Shown piece after piece: positions 34,207-44,108 of a stretch of DNA of 64,000 nt. Positions within the stretch are counted from its first letter, which is position 1. Each line of letters begins with the position of its first letter. The position numbers were made by a program, and so were the translations under genes. The stretch is from contig JYNY01000232.1 of assembly GCA_000954095.1 (NCBI GenBank), forward strand, positions 20,424-84,423, read 5' to 3'. Origin of the DNA: Candidatus Omnitrophus magneticus (GTDB lineage Bacteria > Omnitrophota > Gorgyraeia > Tantalellales > Tantalellaceae). The notes below the pieces were generated by a model. It saw only the letters and a program-made list of their open reading frames with translations, did no database searches and was not told the DNA's origin.

Positions 34207-34899
34207 TTACAATGTCCCTTTAAACTTTAATTTCAAAATAGCGACAAGCGCGTGAACACCGTCTCTCCAATTTATTTTTTTTCCTTCTTTATATGAACGG
34301 CTTTTATAATAAATCGGAACTTCAGCGATATCACATTTTCTTTTTAAAAGCTTCGCTGTAATTTCAGGCTCCAATTCGAATCTATTCGCTCGCAAATTTA
34401 AACTTTTCATAATATCTGTTTTAACCATTTTATAACATGTTTCCATATCCGTAAGACGGCCGCCGAATAAAATATTACTTAACTCCGTCAAAAATTTATT
34501 TATTAAATAATGCGGAAGAGTAGTGGCTTTCCATGTTTTAAGAAATCTGGAACCGAAGATAGCATCTTTATTATTTTTTTCAGCCAATACCAATAACGCT
34601 TTTAAATCCAATGGATCATATTCCAAATCCGCGTCCTGTATTACAACATATTTTCCTGACGCGTTAGAAAGCGCGGTCCTAACCGCTGTCCCTTTTCCTT
34701 GATTCTTTTCGTGATAAATAACTTTTACATTCGCTTTGCCGCTACCGTATACTTTTTTCAAATATTCACGAGTGCCGTCTTTAGAACAATCATCAACAAG
34801 GACAATTTCTTTTTCAACCTCAACAGCCTGAACTTTTTTTATTATTGTTTCTATTGTATTTATCTCATTATAAACCGGAATTAAAATGCTGAGCTTCAA
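34207..34899 (-). CDS. Family 2 glycosyltransferase (dolichyl/polyprenyl-phosphate glycosyltransferase-like)
   Basis: 230 aa. LSILIPVYNE...VLVDDCSKDGT...VIQDADLEYDP is the canonical GT2 pattern. TTG start with a GGGGG ribosome-binding site upstream. Confidence 0.8.
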   Translation of the reverse strand: MKLSILIPVYNEINTIETIIKKVQAVEVEKEIVLVDDCSKDGTREYLKKVYGSGKANVKVIYHEKNQGKGTAVRTALSNASGKYVVIQDADLEYDPLDLKALLVLAEKNNKDAIFGSRFLKTWKATTLPHYLINKFLTELSNILFGGRLTDMETCYKMVKTDIMKSLNLRANRFELEPEITAKLLKRKCDIAEVPIYYKSRSYKEGKKINWRDGVHALVAILKLKFKGTL

Positions 34900-34925
34900 T
34901 AATACCCCCTATTTTCGCGGAAAAA

Positions 34926-35717
34926 TTATTTTTTTTTACAAATCAATATCATATCTGAAGCAGTCGCCCACGGTAAAAAATTCTTACAAAAAACTGCTAA
35001 TTTTATTCCTAATTTATTCGCTCCGTCATAAGACAATTTATCTCTAAACATTGAAGAATACGCTATGAGCGCGTGTTCCTGATCCATCGGTATTATATCA
35101 AGAATATCAAATCCCGATTGTTTCAAAATACCGCTTATTTCAGTTATGTCAAAATGCTGTTCCCAATAAGAAAATTTTTCTTCTTTCCCAAAAAATTTTC
35201 TTATTGTCTTATTTTTTTTTAGAAAAGTCAAAGGATAACTAATACGCTCAAATATAGATGTACGCGGTATTTTAACCAAAAAAATCCCATTTTTTTCCAG
35301 CACTCTAAACGCTTCTTTAACAGCTTTCACCGGGCCTGCCGTAAAATGTTCTATAACGCCTAACGATAAATACGCGCCAAAATAATTATCAGGAAAAGGC
35401 AAGTTTTCAACATTAGCGCAAAATAGTATATTAGAAGAATCATATTTATTTATTTCTTTTAAAGGCGCTAAATTATAATCTATTCCTATTATGTTATATC
35501 CTAAAGATTTCAACTTTATTAAGTATGGCCCGAGCCCGCATCCTCCCTCAAGTATACGTTTATCCCTTGGAAGATATTTTAAAAAAATTTCCATCTGTTC
35601 AGACACCCTTGGATAATCAAAAATTTCCATTATTTCAGGAAGGCCTTTCTCTTCCCAATTTTTTTCCCAAGCCATTTTAGTGTCTTGATCTATTTTTGTA
35701 TTTTTCTCTGACCTCAT
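34926..35717 (-). CDS. Class I SAM-dependent methyltransferase
   Basis: 263 aa with motif I ILEGGCGLGPYLIKL. The start overlaps the wecB stop (ATGA-type coupling). Confidence 0.8.
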   Translation of the reverse strand: MRSEKNTKIDQDTKMAWEKNWEEKGLPEIMEIFDYPRVSEQMEIFLKYLPRDKRILEGGCGLGPYLIKLKSLGYNIIGIDYNLAPLKEINKYDSSNILFCANVENLPFPDNYFGAYLSLGVIEHFTAGPVKAVKEAFRVLEKNGIFLVKIPRTSIFERISYPLTFLKKNKTIRKFFGKEEKFSYWEQHFDITEISGILKQSGFDILDIIPMDQEHALIAYSSMFRDKLSYDGANKLGIKLAVFCKNFLPWATASDMILICKKK

Positions 35718-36862
35718 ATGCCGTCAATTCCTTTTTTGGATTTAGATTCCAACAAAATATTTGTTATTTTCTTAGCAGACATCCCATCCCCGTAAGGATT
35801 TTTCGCTCGCGACATTTTTATATAAACAGTTTTATCATCCAATAATTGTAGCGTGTTACTTACGATATCATCTGTTTTAACCCCTACTAATCTGGCGCAT
35901 CCCGCTTTTATTCCTTCGGACCTCTCGGTCACATCCCGCATAATAAGAACAGGCTTATTAAAACTGGGCGCTTCTTCCTGTATTCCTCCAGAATCAGTTA
36001 AAATTAAATACGCCCGTTTTATAAGCGCGACAAACGCCTCATATCCCAATGGTTCTATAAGATGTATTCTCTCCACGCATTTTAAAATTTTGTTAACCGA
36101 TATCCGCACATTAGGATTCATATGCACAGGATAAACTATTTCCGCGTCCGGCCTCAACACAACTATTTTTTTTAAAGCCGCGCAAATATTATCCATGTCG
36201 CTTCCGAAACTTTCTCTTCTATGCGCCGTTACTAAAATAATTTTTTTATCATTAGAAATTTCCGGCAATTCATTAAAAAACTTTTTTCCCGCGTTTTTAT
36301 CAATTTTGTTAGATGTGAAAAGAAGAGCATCTACTACAGTATTTCCAGTTACAAATATTGAAGACTTCCGAATATTTTCTTTTATAAGATTTTTTTTATT
36401 TTGTTCAGTCGGAACAAAATGAAAATCCGCTATACGGCTTATCAACGCGCGGTTTATTTCTTCAGGAAACGGCCGATATTTGTCATACGTCCTGAGCCCC
36501 GCTTCAACATGGGCTATTTTTATTTTTTTTAAAAAACCCGCTAGACTTATTATAAAAGCTGTTGTCGTATCCCCTTGCACCAAAATAATATGAGGTTTTA
36601 TTTTATCAAGAATAGGCTGTATCTTTATTATTGCCGCTACTATTATTTCTTCTATAGTCTGTCCTTTTTTCATTATATTAAGATCATAATCCGGTGTTAT
36701 TTCAAAAGTACTAAGGACTTGCCTGACCATCTCTTTATGCTGTCCGGTGAGGCACACAAAAGACTTAATATGTTTTTTATTTTTCTTAAATTCAAGAATA
36801 ACAGGCGCAAGCTTCACTGCTTCAGGTCTTGTGCCAAACACCGTAAGAATTTTCATCGGCAT
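35714..36862 (-). CDS. wecB: UDP-N-acetylglucosamine 2-epimerase (non-hydrolysing type)
   Basis: 382 aa. KILTVFGTRPEAVKLAPV, VQGDTTT and HVEAGLRT motifs are typical of WecB/MnaA. Confidence 0.9.
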   Translation of the reverse strand: MPMKILTVFGTRPEAVKLAPVILEFKKNKKHIKSFVCLTGQHKEMVRQVLSTFEITPDYDLNIMKKGQTIEEIIVAAIIKIQPILDKIKPHIILVQGDTTTAFIISLAGFLKKIKIAHVEAGLRTYDKYRPFPEEINRALISRIADFHFVPTEQNKKNLIKENIRKSSIFVTGNTVVDALLFTSNKIDKNAGKKFFNELPEISNDKKIILVTAHRRESFGSDMDNICAALKKIVVLRPDAEIVYPVHMNPNVRISVNKILKCVERIHLIEPLGYEAFVALIKRAYLILTDSGGIQEEAPSFNKPVLIMRDVTERSEGIKAGCARLVGVKTDDIVSNTLQLLDDKTVYIKMSRAKNPYGDGMSAKKITNILLESKSKKGIDGI

Positions 36863-36956
36863 AAATAACTCCGTATATTTTTTCTATTGCCTATTTAAAA
36901 ATATTGTAAGCACTAAGCGGTTAATAATAAACTTTTCTATATCCTTTAGAAAACAT

Positions 36957-37150
36957 CATTCTGTCATTCCCGCGAAAGAGGCTGTGTCACAACTACGATT
37001 TTTTAGTTTTTTAAAATCTTTCCACTCCCTTTTTACCAGTATAGATTCCTGCCTACGCAGGAATGACAGCGAGTTTACGCTATTTTTACTAGGTTTACTC
37101 CACTTTTAAAATGCGATACTAGTTGTGACACAGCCTCGAAAGCGGGAATC
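36957..37150 (+). repeat. Hairpin repeat family 1 copy split by a 160-bp insertion in its loop
   Basis: The left arm CATTCTGTCATTCCCGC-GAAA ends at 36977, and the right arm GAAA-GCGGGAATCC starts at 37138. Confidence 0.9.
36978..37137 (+). mobile_element. MITE-like 160-bp non-coding insertion with 18-bp perfect terminal inverted repeats
   Basis: GAGGCTGTGTCACAACTA (36978-36995) pairs with TAGTTGTGACACAGCCTC (37120-37137). It is flanked by a direct GAAA duplication (36974-36977 and 37138-37141), and it carries an internal inverted family 1 hairpin at 37046-37070. Confidence 0.75.
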
Positions 37151-37272
37151 CATACAGGTTTTATAATATTTTAAAAATATTTATAATTTTGAGTTGTTAA
37201 ATTAAGTTACGCAAGAACTCTATTGCCTACAATAAAAAAAAATGGAAAGTCTTCTAATAATTTGTTTTAACC

Positions 37273-37341
37273 GGCCTAATTCAAGTTGCGAATGCAAAAA
37301 ATACTAGTTTATAATAAATATTTTATACCCTTTATTTAAAA
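37273..37341 (+). repeat. Intergenic repeat family 4, copy 4
   Basis: GGCCTAATTCAAGTTGCGAATGCAAAAAATACTAGTTTATAATAAATATTTTATACCCTTTATTTAAAA. Confidence 0.9.
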
Positions 37342-37381
37342 ACCGTCTTCTTTTTATAAAAATATATTTTTGGGAATAGTT

Positions 37382-37984
37382 TTAGACATTTCTTCTGTCA
37401 TCAAAAGCGCGTTGCAAAGTGGCGATATCAACGTATTCCAGCATACCTCCGGCAGGAACTCCTCTGGCTAAACGTGAAATAATTATTTTGAATTGTTTAA
37501 GAAGTTCAAAAAGATATAAAGCAGTAGTCTCTCCCTCAGTTGTAAAATCCGTGGCAATAATAATTTCAGACACAGTCCCTTTTTTCACTCTAGCTACTAA
37601 TTCTTTAATTTTTATATCATTAGGCCCCAACCCGTCAATCGGCGAAAGTTCGCCTAAAAGAACATGATACACCCCATGAAATATTCCTGATTTTTCTATT
37701 GTACTCACCGCGCCGGGATCTCTTACCACGCAAATTTTAGAACGGTCGCGTCCGGTATCCATACAAATCGAACAAAAATCGTTTTCGCTTAAATTATTGC
37801 ATATTTTACAAAATTTTACGATTTCTTTAACTTTTTGTATAGCGTCTATAAGCCTTAATACGTCGTGTGGAGAGGACTGCAAAATATGAAATGTGATTCT
37901 TTCGGCAGATCTCGGGCCTATCCCCGGCATCCTAGTTAATTCTTCAATAAGAGCGGCCATGGCAGGAGGAAATATTTTTTTCAT
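37382..37984 (-). CDS. recR: Recombination protein RecR
   Basis: 200 aa with HhH LPGIGPRSAERI, a C4 zinc finger CKICNNLSENDFCSIC, and a Toprim region. Confidence 0.95.
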   Translation of the reverse strand: MKKIFPPAMAALIEELTRMPGIGPRSAERITFHILQSSPHDVLRLIDAIQKVKEIVKFCKICNNLSENDFCSICMDTGRDRSKICVVRDPGAVSTIEKSGIFHGVYHVLLGELSPIDGLGPNDIKIKELVARVKKGTVSEIIIATDFTTEGETTALYLFELLKQFKIIISRLARGVPAGGMLEYVDIATLQRAFDDRRNV

Positions 37985-39633
37985 TTATCCGTCTCTTGTG
38001 TATCGCGAACAATTCGTCCGCCAAAAATATCCATAGCTTTTTCTATTACCGGATGCATTTCGTCTTTGCCTTGTTTTTTTTCTATAATTTTTTGCGAACT
38101 CTTTTCATTTTCTTTAGCTCCGTCTTGTTTTATCTCAAACTTTGGCACTTTCCCAAAAACACTTTTAAACGCGTCTTCAATAATAGATTTGGTAGAGCCT
38201 GACGAAAGCATTTCAACTATAAATACTTTGTCATGTTTAAAAATTATAGTAACACGTTCAGGAGTGAATTCCAAAACTTTCGCTTCAATAATCGCGCTAT
38301 AGGCTGACATACTTTTACTTTTTATATAATGTAAAACATTGTCCCACGTAAAAGAGCCTGAACCGCCATGCGAAATAACATTATTGCTACTGACCGGCTG
38401 ATTAACTCCGCCGCCTTTTAAACCATCTCCAATATGAGTTATTACATGTTTTTCTAAACTCTGCCCTTCTGGGGCGCTGACCGCGAGTTTACTCATATCT
38501 ATTTTTTCCAAACTTTCCAAAACTTCAGGCAATGAAAGAATTTCATTTCTTTTAGCTAAACGGAGAAGGCATATTTCAATGATAGCTCTTGTAAACATTG
38601 TGCTTTTCATAAGAGTAAGCGCTTGAGATAAATTCTGAAGAATATATAAAATTTCTTCTAAAGTAAGTTTCGCGCTTTGCGACTTTATTACACTTATTTC
38701 TTCTTCCACAAAAGCCATGTCAGATGTGGAAGAACCGGTTGTTTTTATTATCATAAGATTACGATAATGTTCCAACAAACTCTCTGTAATGAACACAGGA
38801 TCATTCCCGTTATTAATCATTAAATCAAGAATTTCAATAATTTCTTTTGTTTCCCCGAGAATTACGCGATTAGAAAGCTCAAACAACTTCTCATTATGAA
38901 TCATGCCTAAAAGCTCAATAACATCTTCACTTTTAATTTTTTCTCCGGAAGAAAATGATATCATTTGATCCATAACGACAAGCGCGTCACGAAGGCTACC
39001 CTCAGCTCCGCGGGCTATCAAAACACACGCTTTATCTTCAATATCAATCTTTTCTAAGTTAGCTATATATTTCAAACGATCAAATATCATCATCGGGCCT
39101 ATACGCTTAAAATCAAACCTCTGGCATCTGGAAAGAATGGTAGGCAAAACTTTATACGCTTCAGTAGTAGCAAAAATAAATTTCACATGGCTTGGCGGCT
39201 CTTCCAATGTTTTTAATAATGCGTTAAACGCTTCGGTAGTAAGCATATGAACTTCATCTATTATATAAATTTTATATTTACCGCTACTAGGCATAAACTT
39301 AACGCTTTCCCTTAACGCACGGATTTCATCTATACCTCGATTAGAAGCTCCGTCTATTTCCAAAACATCAATACTCGACCCCCTTGTTATCTCTTCGCAT
39401 GATGAACATTTGTTACAGGGTCCATCCGGGCTCGCGTTAAGACAATTAAGCATTTTAGCCACAAGACGGGCTATTGAAGTTTTCCCCACACCGCGCGGTC
39501 CGCAGAATATATAAGCGTTAGCAACTCTACCGCGCGCTATAGAGTTCGATATTGTTTTCGCGACTACGTCTTGTCCAACAACATCCCCAAATGTCTGAGG
39601 CCTATATTTTTGAGCTAATACTTGATACGCCAC
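37981..39633 (-). CDS. dnaX: DNA polymerase III subunit gamma/tau
   Basis: 550 aa. KYRPQTFGDVVGQ, GPRGVGKTS, DEVHMLT and SRCQRFDF motifs. GTG start. The stop overlaps the recR start by 4 nt. Confidence 0.93.
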   Translation of the reverse strand: MAYQVLAQKYRPQTFGDVVGQDVVAKTISNSIARGRVANAYIFCGPRGVGKTSIARLVAKMLNCLNASPDGPCNKCSSCEEITRGSSIDVLEIDGASNRGIDEIRALRESVKFMPSSGKYKIYIIDEVHMLTTEAFNALLKTLEEPPSHVKFIFATTEAYKVLPTILSRCQRFDFKRIGPMMIFDRLKYIANLEKIDIEDKACVLIARGAEGSLRDALVVMDQMISFSSGEKIKSEDVIELLGMIHNEKLFELSNRVILGETKEIIEILDLMINNGNDPVFITESLLEHYRNLMIIKTTGSSTSDMAFVEEEISVIKSQSAKLTLEEILYILQNLSQALTLMKSTMFTRAIIEICLLRLAKRNEILSLPEVLESLEKIDMSKLAVSAPEGQSLEKHVITHIGDGLKGGGVNQPVSSNNVISHGGSGSFTWDNVLHYIKSKSMSAYSAIIEAKVLEFTPERVTIIFKHDKVFIVEMLSSGSTKSIIEDAFKSVFGKVPKFEIKQDGAKENEKSSQKIIEKKQGKDEMHPVIEKAMDIFGGRIVRDTQETDK

Positions 39634-40432
39634 TTTTCCCCGTTCTTTTTTTATTTAAATCATCTAAATATTTTATAAAATTTTTCTTCATTTCTTCCGC
39701 GTCAAAATACGCGCCTTTTAATTTACCGTTATTGCCCTTGGCGCCTTTTACCTGCCCCGGGCCAACACCTATAGGAGCTGGTTGAGGCGCAATCCCGCCT
39801 TTTGCCTGTATATCTGCAATAAAACATGAATCTTGCCATCTAGCGAATTCAAAGCTAAAAGTTTTAGCTAAAGCGCGTGATAATAAAAATATTTTTTCAT
39901 TACGTACGGACAAATTGTAAAGAATACTGTTATACAATGTTTCTTCTTCCATCATTCGCGCGCCGGTAGAATTTCCGCTAGATACACTCACAGCTAGATT
40001 GTAACAAGAAGTTAAAGTATAAACACAACTAGCACCCTGAGGGAAAGGAATATTATCATGCGTATACCCCAACTGCCAATTACGCATACTCATACTAAAC
40101 GCGTCTGCCGTAGCTTTTATATATTCTAGCGTTCCTCTGTCTTTGATTAAATTTTTAGATTGCTCGAAAATTAAATAAGATTTAAAAATATTACCCGACA
40201 AGCCTCCGGCAAATAAAATTCCCCGTGAACCTTCGACATACACATTATCAATTATTACTCCATCCTGCCAGACACGCCACGCGGAGGCCGTCATATCAAT
40301 AATTGTTTTTCCTATCTCTTCTACATCAGAATTAACGGCTGTTTCAGAAATAACTTCAACATCTTCTCCTTTAACGGAAATGGATAAAAACAGGACTAAA
40401 AAAAACAATATTATTTGTCTAAAAATATTCAT
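39602..40432 (-). CDS. Hypothetical secreted protein
   Basis: 276 aa with signal-like MNIFRQIILFFLVLFLSISVKG and a Gly/Lys-rich C-terminal tail. The start overlaps the glucokinase stop, and its 3' end overlaps the dnaX start by 32 nt. No family recognised. Confidence 0.55.
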   Translation of the reverse strand: MNIFRQIILFFLVLFLSISVKGEDVEVISETAVNSDVEEIGKTIIDMTASAWRVWQDGVIIDNVYVEGSRGILFAGGLSGNIFKSYLIFEQSKNLIKDRGTLEYIKATADAFSMSMRNWQLGYTHDNIPFPQGASCVYTLTSCYNLAVSVSSGNSTGARMMEEETLYNSILYNLSVRNEKIFLLSRALAKTFSFEFARWQDSCFIADIQAKGGIAPQPAPIGVGPGQVKGAKGNNGKLKGAYFDAEEMKKNFIKYLDDLNKKRTGKSGVSSISSKI

Positions 40433-41397
40433 ATCATCGCTATCGCGGCGGCGCCGAAAACACCAACATTTTTTTTAAGTTTCGCGGCTACTATCGGCGT
40501 TTTTGAAGCAAAAATATTAATAGTATGTTTTTTCACGGTATCTTTAATTTCTTTAAATAAAAGATTTCCTATAAGAGAGACGCCTCCGCCGATAACTATT
40601 ATTTCCGGATCCAAAATATTTATCATATTTCCTAGCCATATGCCCAAGAAACGGCCTTCTTCCTGTATCGTTTTAATAGCAAGACTATCACCGCGTTTAG
40701 CGGCATCCGCGATTGTCTTCATTGTAATATCTGCCGCACCATTTTTAGTCATATTAACTGTTAAACTTTCCCCTTCCGGCCCGCGTGAAATATTTTTTAA
40801 AAATCTTTTAACTGTATTCGGCCCAGACGCTAAAGCCTCAATACATCCTTTACTGCCGCACGCGCAAAGAACCGTTTCATCATTATAACTAATCGTAACA
40901 TGCCCGCCCTCACCTGCCATGCCGTTTTTACCGTGATATAATTTTCCGTCAATTATTATGCCTGTGCCTATACCGGTACTTACTGTAACATAAAAAATAT
41001 TTTTATACCCTTTAGCGCTCCCCCAAAGCATTTCCGCTACACCCGCGGCATTAGCATCATTTTCAACTTTAGTTTTTATTTTTAGCCGTTCTTCCACCAA
41101 ATCGCCAAGCGGAACTTTTACCCAGCCCTGCAAATTAGGCGGATTATATATTATTCTTTTTTGCGGATTTAATGGGCCCGGAGCGCAAACGCCTATTCCT
41201 TTTATATCTTTTTTAGACACACCGCCTGTTTTTAAAAGCATATCTATAGAAATAAAAAGCTGATTAAGCGAAACATTTTTGCCTCTCTCTGCTAACGTTG
41301 GGAGAATAATACTTTTTTTTAGTTTCCCCTCCGCTGAAACAAGCCCTGACGCGATTTTTGTTCCTCCAATATCAATACCTAAAAAATATTTTGCCAT
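40429..41397 (-). CDS. ROK-family sugar kinase (glucokinase-like)
   Basis: 322 aa. LGIDIGGTKI, NDANAAGVAE and the Cys-rich zinc motif GHVTISYNDETVLCACGSKGCIE are typical of ROK kinases. Confidence 0.85.
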   Translation of the reverse strand: MAKYFLGIDIGGTKIASGLVSAEGKLKKSIILPTLAERGKNVSLNQLFISIDMLLKTGGVSKKDIKGIGVCAPGPLNPQKRIIYNPPNLQGWVKVPLGDLVEERLKIKTKVENDANAAGVAEMLWGSAKGYKNIFYVTVSTGIGTGIIIDGKLYHGKNGMAGEGGHVTISYNDETVLCACGSKGCIEALASGPNTVKRFLKNISRGPEGESLTVNMTKNGAADITMKTIADAAKRGDSLAIKTIQEEGRFLGIWLGNMINILDPEIIVIGGGVSLIGNLLFKEIKDTVKKHTINIFASKTPIVAAKLKKNVGVFGAAAIAMI

Positions 41398-41441
41398 AAT
41401 TATACTCCATTTTTTTTAACAAAAAACTGCCCGCTGGCCTC

Positions 41442-42062
41442 TTATATCAATATCCCAACAACACTGAATATCATTTTTTGCATAAAAATTATAACCGGTG
41501 AAAGAATACCGGTGAATAATAAAAAAAATAAAACAATAAATCCGTAATGTTCTAATTCTGCCAATTTAAGCTGAAATTTAAAAGGCAATAAACTTGTCAC
41601 TATTTTAGCGCCGTCTAACGGTGGTATCGGTATAAGGTTAAAAGCGCATAACATCATATTTATTTTAGCCAATATTAAAAGCATGGAATACAAGATATAA
41701 TTACTCTCAATAATTTTTATTTTTAATAATAAAACGGCTATCGCCGCTAATAAAAAATTAGCTAAACAGCCTGCGATTGATACAGCGAACATCCCAAGTT
41801 TAAAATTTTTCAAATTAAAATAATCAACAGGAATTGGTTTTGCCCAGCCAAATCCGGCTATAAAAAGCGCTAAAAGCCCCATAGGATCTATATGCGGCAA
41901 AGGATTTAATGTGAGCCTGCCTGCCTGTTTCGCGGTATTATCTCCGAATAAATACGCCGCTACACCATGCGCGATCTCATGAATAATTACTGAATAAAAA
42001 AGAGGTATTGCCATCATAAAAAATACAGGCGGATTTTGAATTAAAAGTTGTGTTAAATTCAT
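41442..42062 (-). CDS. Site-2 protease (M50)-family membrane metalloprotease, short form
   Basis: 206 aa and polytopic. Has HEIAHGVAAYLFGD (HExxH) and a downstream NLIPIPPLDG motif. Confidence 0.8.
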   Translation of the reverse strand: MNLTQLLIQNPPVFFMMAIPLFYSVIIHEIAHGVAAYLFGDNTAKQAGRLTLNPLPHIDPMGLLALFIAGFGWAKPIPVDYFNLKNFKLGMFAVSIAGCLANFLLAAIAVLLLKIKIIESNYILYSMLLILAKINMMLCAFNLIPIPPLDGAKIVTSLLPFKFQLKLAELEHYGFIVLFFLLFTGILSPVIIFMQKMIFSVVGILI

Positions 42063-42733
42063 TTGTTTTGATGCTCCTTAAGTAATACATCTATTTTTTT
42101 TATAATAGACTGTATCTCTTCGACCATTTTATCCGGCAATAACTCTTTTATTTCCGCTTCTTTAGTCAAAGTTTTTAGCATAGTTAATATTTTTGACGTT
42201 AAAACTGTTTTTCGCTCTTCAATATTTTCTTCTTCATTTTTAGGACAACGTTCTTCCATTATTTTAGTGAGTTCTTTTTTTGCAGACGCGGGATCAGCCG
42301 CTTCTTCAAGGACATATTTTCTTATTTCTTTATACCCTTCTTCCCCTAGCCCTTTATCTTTTTTATCATTAGCTTTTCTTAAAACATCAACAGCCTCGTA
42401 AGAAGGAACATCCCGCGCGGATAATTCATTGTTATATTTTTTATCAAGATAATCCGGCTCTTTCTCTTCAAGAAAAGAATATGACCGTAAGAGTTTAAGA
42501 GCTGTCTCTTTTCTTATGCCTATTTCTTTTTTAAGATAATTCTCAAATTCTTTATATCCCCATTCTTTAAATAACTTATCCCGCCAAACAACATAAAGCA
42601 TACTGCCTAAATCTATCCAGCTTGTTTTAAAATCTTTAGCGTTTTCTAAAACTTTATATCTTATAGATGAAGAATCTACTTCAGACATTTTGTTTTCAAT
42701 ATTTTTTATAGTTTTTGTTTTTATGTTATCCAC
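42059..42733 (-). CDS. Hypothetical protein
   Basis: 224 aa, charged and helical. GTG start with AAGGGA upstream; translationally coupled to the M50 gene. No family recognised. Confidence 0.5.
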   Translation of the reverse strand: MDNIKTKTIKNIENKMSEVDSSSIRYKVLENAKDFKTSWIDLGSMLYVVWRDKLFKEWGYKEFENYLKKEIGIRKETALKLLRSYSFLEEKEPDYLDKKYNNELSARDVPSYEAVDVLRKANDKKDKGLGEEGYKEIRKYVLEEAADPASAKKELTKIMEERCPKNEEENIEERKTVLTSKILTMLKTLTKEAEIKELLPDKMVEEIQSIIKKIDVLLKEHQNK

Positions 42734-42780
42734 TTGAATTCCCTTGCTGTTTTTCGGTTTAATTGCCCTTTACAAAAAAA

Positions 42781-44061
42781 TTATTTACCAATAGAAATCG
42801 TATCCGCCCCAAAATAATTTTTTATAGCTTTTGGCATCGCTATACTTCCGTCTTCCCGCTGATAAATTTCCAATATCGCTATAACAAGCCGCGGAAGCGC
42901 GACGCCTGAACCATTAAGAGTGTGCGCGAGCCTTGGTTTTTCATTTTTATCTTTTGGCTGATATTTTATGTTTGCTCTCCTAGCCTGAAAATCAGAAAAT
43001 ACAGAACAACTTGATACTTCAAGCCACTTCCCGGCTCCGGGAGCCCATAATTCAATGTCATAACACTTTTGCGCGGAAAAACTTATGTCTCCCGTACAAA
43101 GTTCAATTACCCTATAAGGCAGTTCAAGCCGTTTTAAAATATCTTCCGCGTCACGAACTAATTTTTCAAGTTCATCCATGGAAGATGACGGAGTAACAAA
43201 TTTTACCATTTCCACTTTATCAAACTGATGAACACGCGTAAGACCTTTTGTGTCTTTTCCATAAGAACCGGCTTCGCGTCTAAAACACGGCGTATACGCT
43301 GTGTAATACAACGGCATTTCTTCTTCTTTTAAAATTTCATCCGCGTGTATATTTGTCACAGGGACTTCCGCAGTAGGAATTAAAAATAAATCTTCTTCGT
43401 TTATTTTATACATATCTTCTTCCATCTTTGGAATCTGGCCTGTGCCGCGCATTGTTTTTCTATTCACTACAAACGGCGGAAAAATTTCTTTGTAACCATG
43501 TTCTTTTGTGTGAATATCCAGCATGAAATTTATAAGAGCGCGTTCAAGCTTCGCGCCCATCCCCATAAAAAGAGGAAATCCTGAACCTGTAATTTTAACG
43601 CCGCGCTCAAAATCAAAAAGCCCGTTAAGCCGACCTAATTCAACATGATCTTTCGGAGTAAAAGAAAATTTAGGGATTTCTCCGTGAACTCTGACTACTT
43701 TATTATCTTTTTCAGAACTACCCACAGGAACACTTTCATGCGGGACATTCGGAATAAACTCCAGCCATTTTTTATATGATTCTTCTAGGTTTTTCAGCTC
43801 GTTATCAATACTTTCTATTTTTTTTGTAATTTCATTAACCTTTTCTTTAAGACTCAACGCGTCAAGTTTTTGTCTCATCATTTTACCGATTTCTTCTGAC
43901 GCGGAATTTTTGTCACGTTTAAGAGTTTCAGTCTCTTTTATAAGTTCGCGCCGTTTTTCATCCATCGCTAAAAAATCATCTACATTCACGCTGGAATTTC
44001 TGTTTAAAAGCGCGCGTTTCACTAAATCAATATTTTCTCTGATAAATTTTGGATCAAGCAT
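42781..44061 (-). CDS. serS: Serine--tRNA ligase
   Basis: 426 aa with an N-terminal coiled-coil arm and class II motifs (FRREAGSYGKDTKGLTRVHQFDKVE, TLNGSGVALPRLVIAILE). Confidence 0.95.
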   Translation of the reverse strand: MLDPKFIRENIDLVKRALLNRNSSVNVDDFLAMDEKRRELIKETETLKRDKNSASEEIGKMMRQKLDALSLKEKVNEITKKIESIDNELKNLEESYKKWLEFIPNVPHESVPVGSSEKDNKVVRVHGEIPKFSFTPKDHVELGRLNGLFDFERGVKITGSGFPLFMGMGAKLERALINFMLDIHTKEHGYKEIFPPFVVNRKTMRGTGQIPKMEEDMYKINEEDLFLIPTAEVPVTNIHADEILKEEEMPLYYTAYTPCFRREAGSYGKDTKGLTRVHQFDKVEMVKFVTPSSSMDELEKLVRDAEDILKRLELPYRVIELCTGDISFSAQKCYDIELWAPGAGKWLEVSSCSVFSDFQARRANIKYQPKDKNEKPRLAHTLNGSGVALPRLVIAILEIYQREDGSIAMPKAIKNYFGADTISIGK

Positions 44062-44108
44062 AGTTAAACCCTTTCACGTTTTTAGGAGTATTGTTTTACG
44101 GCGCGGGA

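Noticed and set aside
36575-37109. ORFs 36575-36868 (+) and 36747-37109 (+) reading across the wecB start and into the hairpin/MITE region
   Set aside because: They are antisense to wecB and then read through non-coding repeats. They are artefacts of AT-rich sequence.
3654-37341. Whether the recurring hairpin repeats could be a CRISPR array
   Set aside because: Copies are scattered across separate spacers in both orientations with irregular spacing. They are embedded in other shared modules, and no cas genes are present.
38040-38080. A-rich run in dnaX as a programmed -1 frameshift site
   Set aside because: It lies within the last ~25 codons, far from the domain III boundary where gamma-producing frameshifts occur.
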